Made by a program: the position numbers and the translations under genes. A stretch of DNA of 64,000 bases from Camelus dromedarius. Its lineage: Eukaryota. Location: the NCBI RefSeq assembly GCF_036321535.1, contig NC_087437.1, positions 75,766,001-75,830,000 of the forward strand, given 5' to 3'. The notes beneath the pieces were generated by a model that was not told the DNA's origin, did not search any database, and worked only from the letters and a program-made list of their open reading frames with translations. Within the stretch, counting starts at the first letter, position 1, and each line of letters starts with the position of its first letter. Positions 62,271-64,000 of this stretch are shown here, in pieces.

Positions 62271-64000
62271 GTTAATTAATTTTGAAAAAGGGGGTGAGAA
62301 GTGAGACATACAGTTATAGCTACACTAAAAACAAAATCCCATTTGGCTCTGACTCTGTTGGCACTGCTTCTTTTCACCAGTAAGAAACTTTCCTCACTAA
62401 TGCCCCTTCCCCCCTGCATCTCTCTCCTATCCAGTAGCTTGTCAGCCAGGAATTGCCAGTGAGATGTTTCTTCAAATGCCTACACCAAAGCCTTCCTCCC
62501 AAGACTAGGTCAACCTGGACTTTGTACTAACTGAAACTTAGGGAAACTGTTTCAGCAAGAGAGCAACCCAGAAACTGTCTCTCATCAATCAATCGAAGCT
62601 AAAAGGGGAGACTTCAACATGGTGTTTTTCTTCATAACATCCTCTAAAGCCGTTCTGTGTTAAATTGTTTAGCAAAATTCTCATTAAGATAACTGTGCCG
62701 ACCTCCATAAAAATGCATGCCAGAATATCCCCACGAGGAAAAGTCTCAGTTTTGGGGGACAGCTGCTCCTTCCTGTTATCCAAAAAGTTGCCCAAAGTGT
62801 GGGATCCTCTCCAGGACACCGAGCACTGGCCCAAGGACCCTCTGTCAGAATCCCCTCAGCCGCGGTGTGACCCACCTTCCCTTCCAGCCCCACCATGTCT
62901 GAGCAAGCAGCCTTTGGCTTGAGTTGCACATCCCCGAAAGGCCTAACTCTGAGCTGCTCAGATCTTGAACCCAGTGTTTGGAGAACATGCCTCCTTTTTT
63001 CCTTTCCCAACCTCAATAAAAGGATAATGCCATGTATTTTTGAAAGACAAGACACACAGCATAAGATCAAATCATTTTTTCTCCAGCTAAGCCTCCCGCT
63101 GGATTCCCCAGCCAACTTTCCGCAGCTCATAAACACAATTCCCATTCATCCCCCCAGCTCCAAATCCATCATTACTTGGCTGGGCACACGTGGGCAGGTG
63201 GTGCTGCACAACAGGGCTTGGACGAGCTCTTTTTTCCTTCCTGGACGGAAGAAGGAGGATTAGCACAAGATCTTTTCTATGAGTGAGTGACAGGGCAGGC
63301 AACTGGGGGGGCAGAGGAGTGGGGCAGTTTATGTGAATTTCATCCTGGAGGAAAGTATGGAGGTGATTCTGAAAACAGTTTTGCTGTCTCCATAAAGGCA
63401 AGTCTGGAATCTGCCACACCGGCCGCCATCTCAGTGCGTGGTCCACACTGACTTCACCTGATGGAGACGAGCACCTCTGGGAGGGGGAGGTGGGCGGAGG
63501 AGGAGTAATGTGAGCGAGTGGAAAGCGGGTCCCTGATCAGAAACATAAAGCCCTCACGCAAAGCTTTACTTACTTTTAGCTTCATTTCCTTTCGAATATT
63601 GGAAATTGGAAGAACTTCCATGAAGTAGCCTCAGGAAAAGGAAGACACACAAACAGATGTAGATTTTTCTGTAAAGTTTAGAGCTTAACTGTCCTCTCTT
63701 GCTTGGACCTCAGTGAGTCCTGAGAGTTGCTGGGAGCTGTAGAAGGTTCTAGGTGGGGAGGGGAAGCCAGGTTGTCATTAGAAAGTACTTCTGAATACGC
63801 GCACGCTGATTTCAGAGCAGCTGAAGCACTTCTGTAGAAGCTGTAGAAACACACACACAAAGCCACCAGGGCTTTGGGCAGCTGAGAGGTGGCTATTAAG
63901 TGGTAGTGCCTGTGGCAATGTCCCCTCCTTTGACATCTGCAGGCCCTGAGGCCCATCTGGAAGCTGGAAGAGGAACAAGAGTTTCTGAAGGCTGCTCAGT

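Noticed and set aside
164..63978. The supplied ORFs as protein-coding genes
   Set aside because: All are short, many start at non-ATG codons, overlap on both strands, lie in UTR or repeats, and resemble no protein family I recognise apart from L1 ORF2.
1..64000. A novel multi-gene, defence or prokaryote-like system
   Set aside because: The window is mammalian 3' UTR plus intergenic DNA with no operon structure, no intact transposase, reverse transcriptase or proviral genes, and no spacer arrays.

Overview
Mammalian genomic DNA, most likely from a camelid (alpaca, llama or camel), judged from two tRNA-Ala-derived Vic-1-type SINEs and young L1 3' ends. Positions 1 to about 3340 are the distal, long-isoform part of the CD47 3' UTR on the + strand, with tandem polyadenylation signals. 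I recognised this from memory of the human CD47 mRNA, not from a search. The remaining ~60 kb is gene-free DNA downstream of CD47, densely filled with MIR, L2, L1, MaLR, ERV1/ERVL solo LTRs, hAT and Tigger DNA transposons and microsatellites. None of the supplied ORFs is a credible protein-coding gene; one is an L1 ORF2 remnant and many come from repeats. I found no novel multi-gene system. The best leads are regulatory: (1) a compact NF-kB x3 / STAT / AP-1 motif cluster at 50.8-51.3 kb, a candidate counterpart of the known inflammatory enhancer downstream of human CD47; (2) a MER41-type LTR carrying a GAS site; (3) a young solo LTR whose 5' 51-bp GATA unit is triplicated and includes a STAT site; (4) two local duplications unexplained by transposons. 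Repeat family names and boundaries are by-eye calls and need RepeatMasker/Dfam confirmation. All regulatory calls are motif-based inference.
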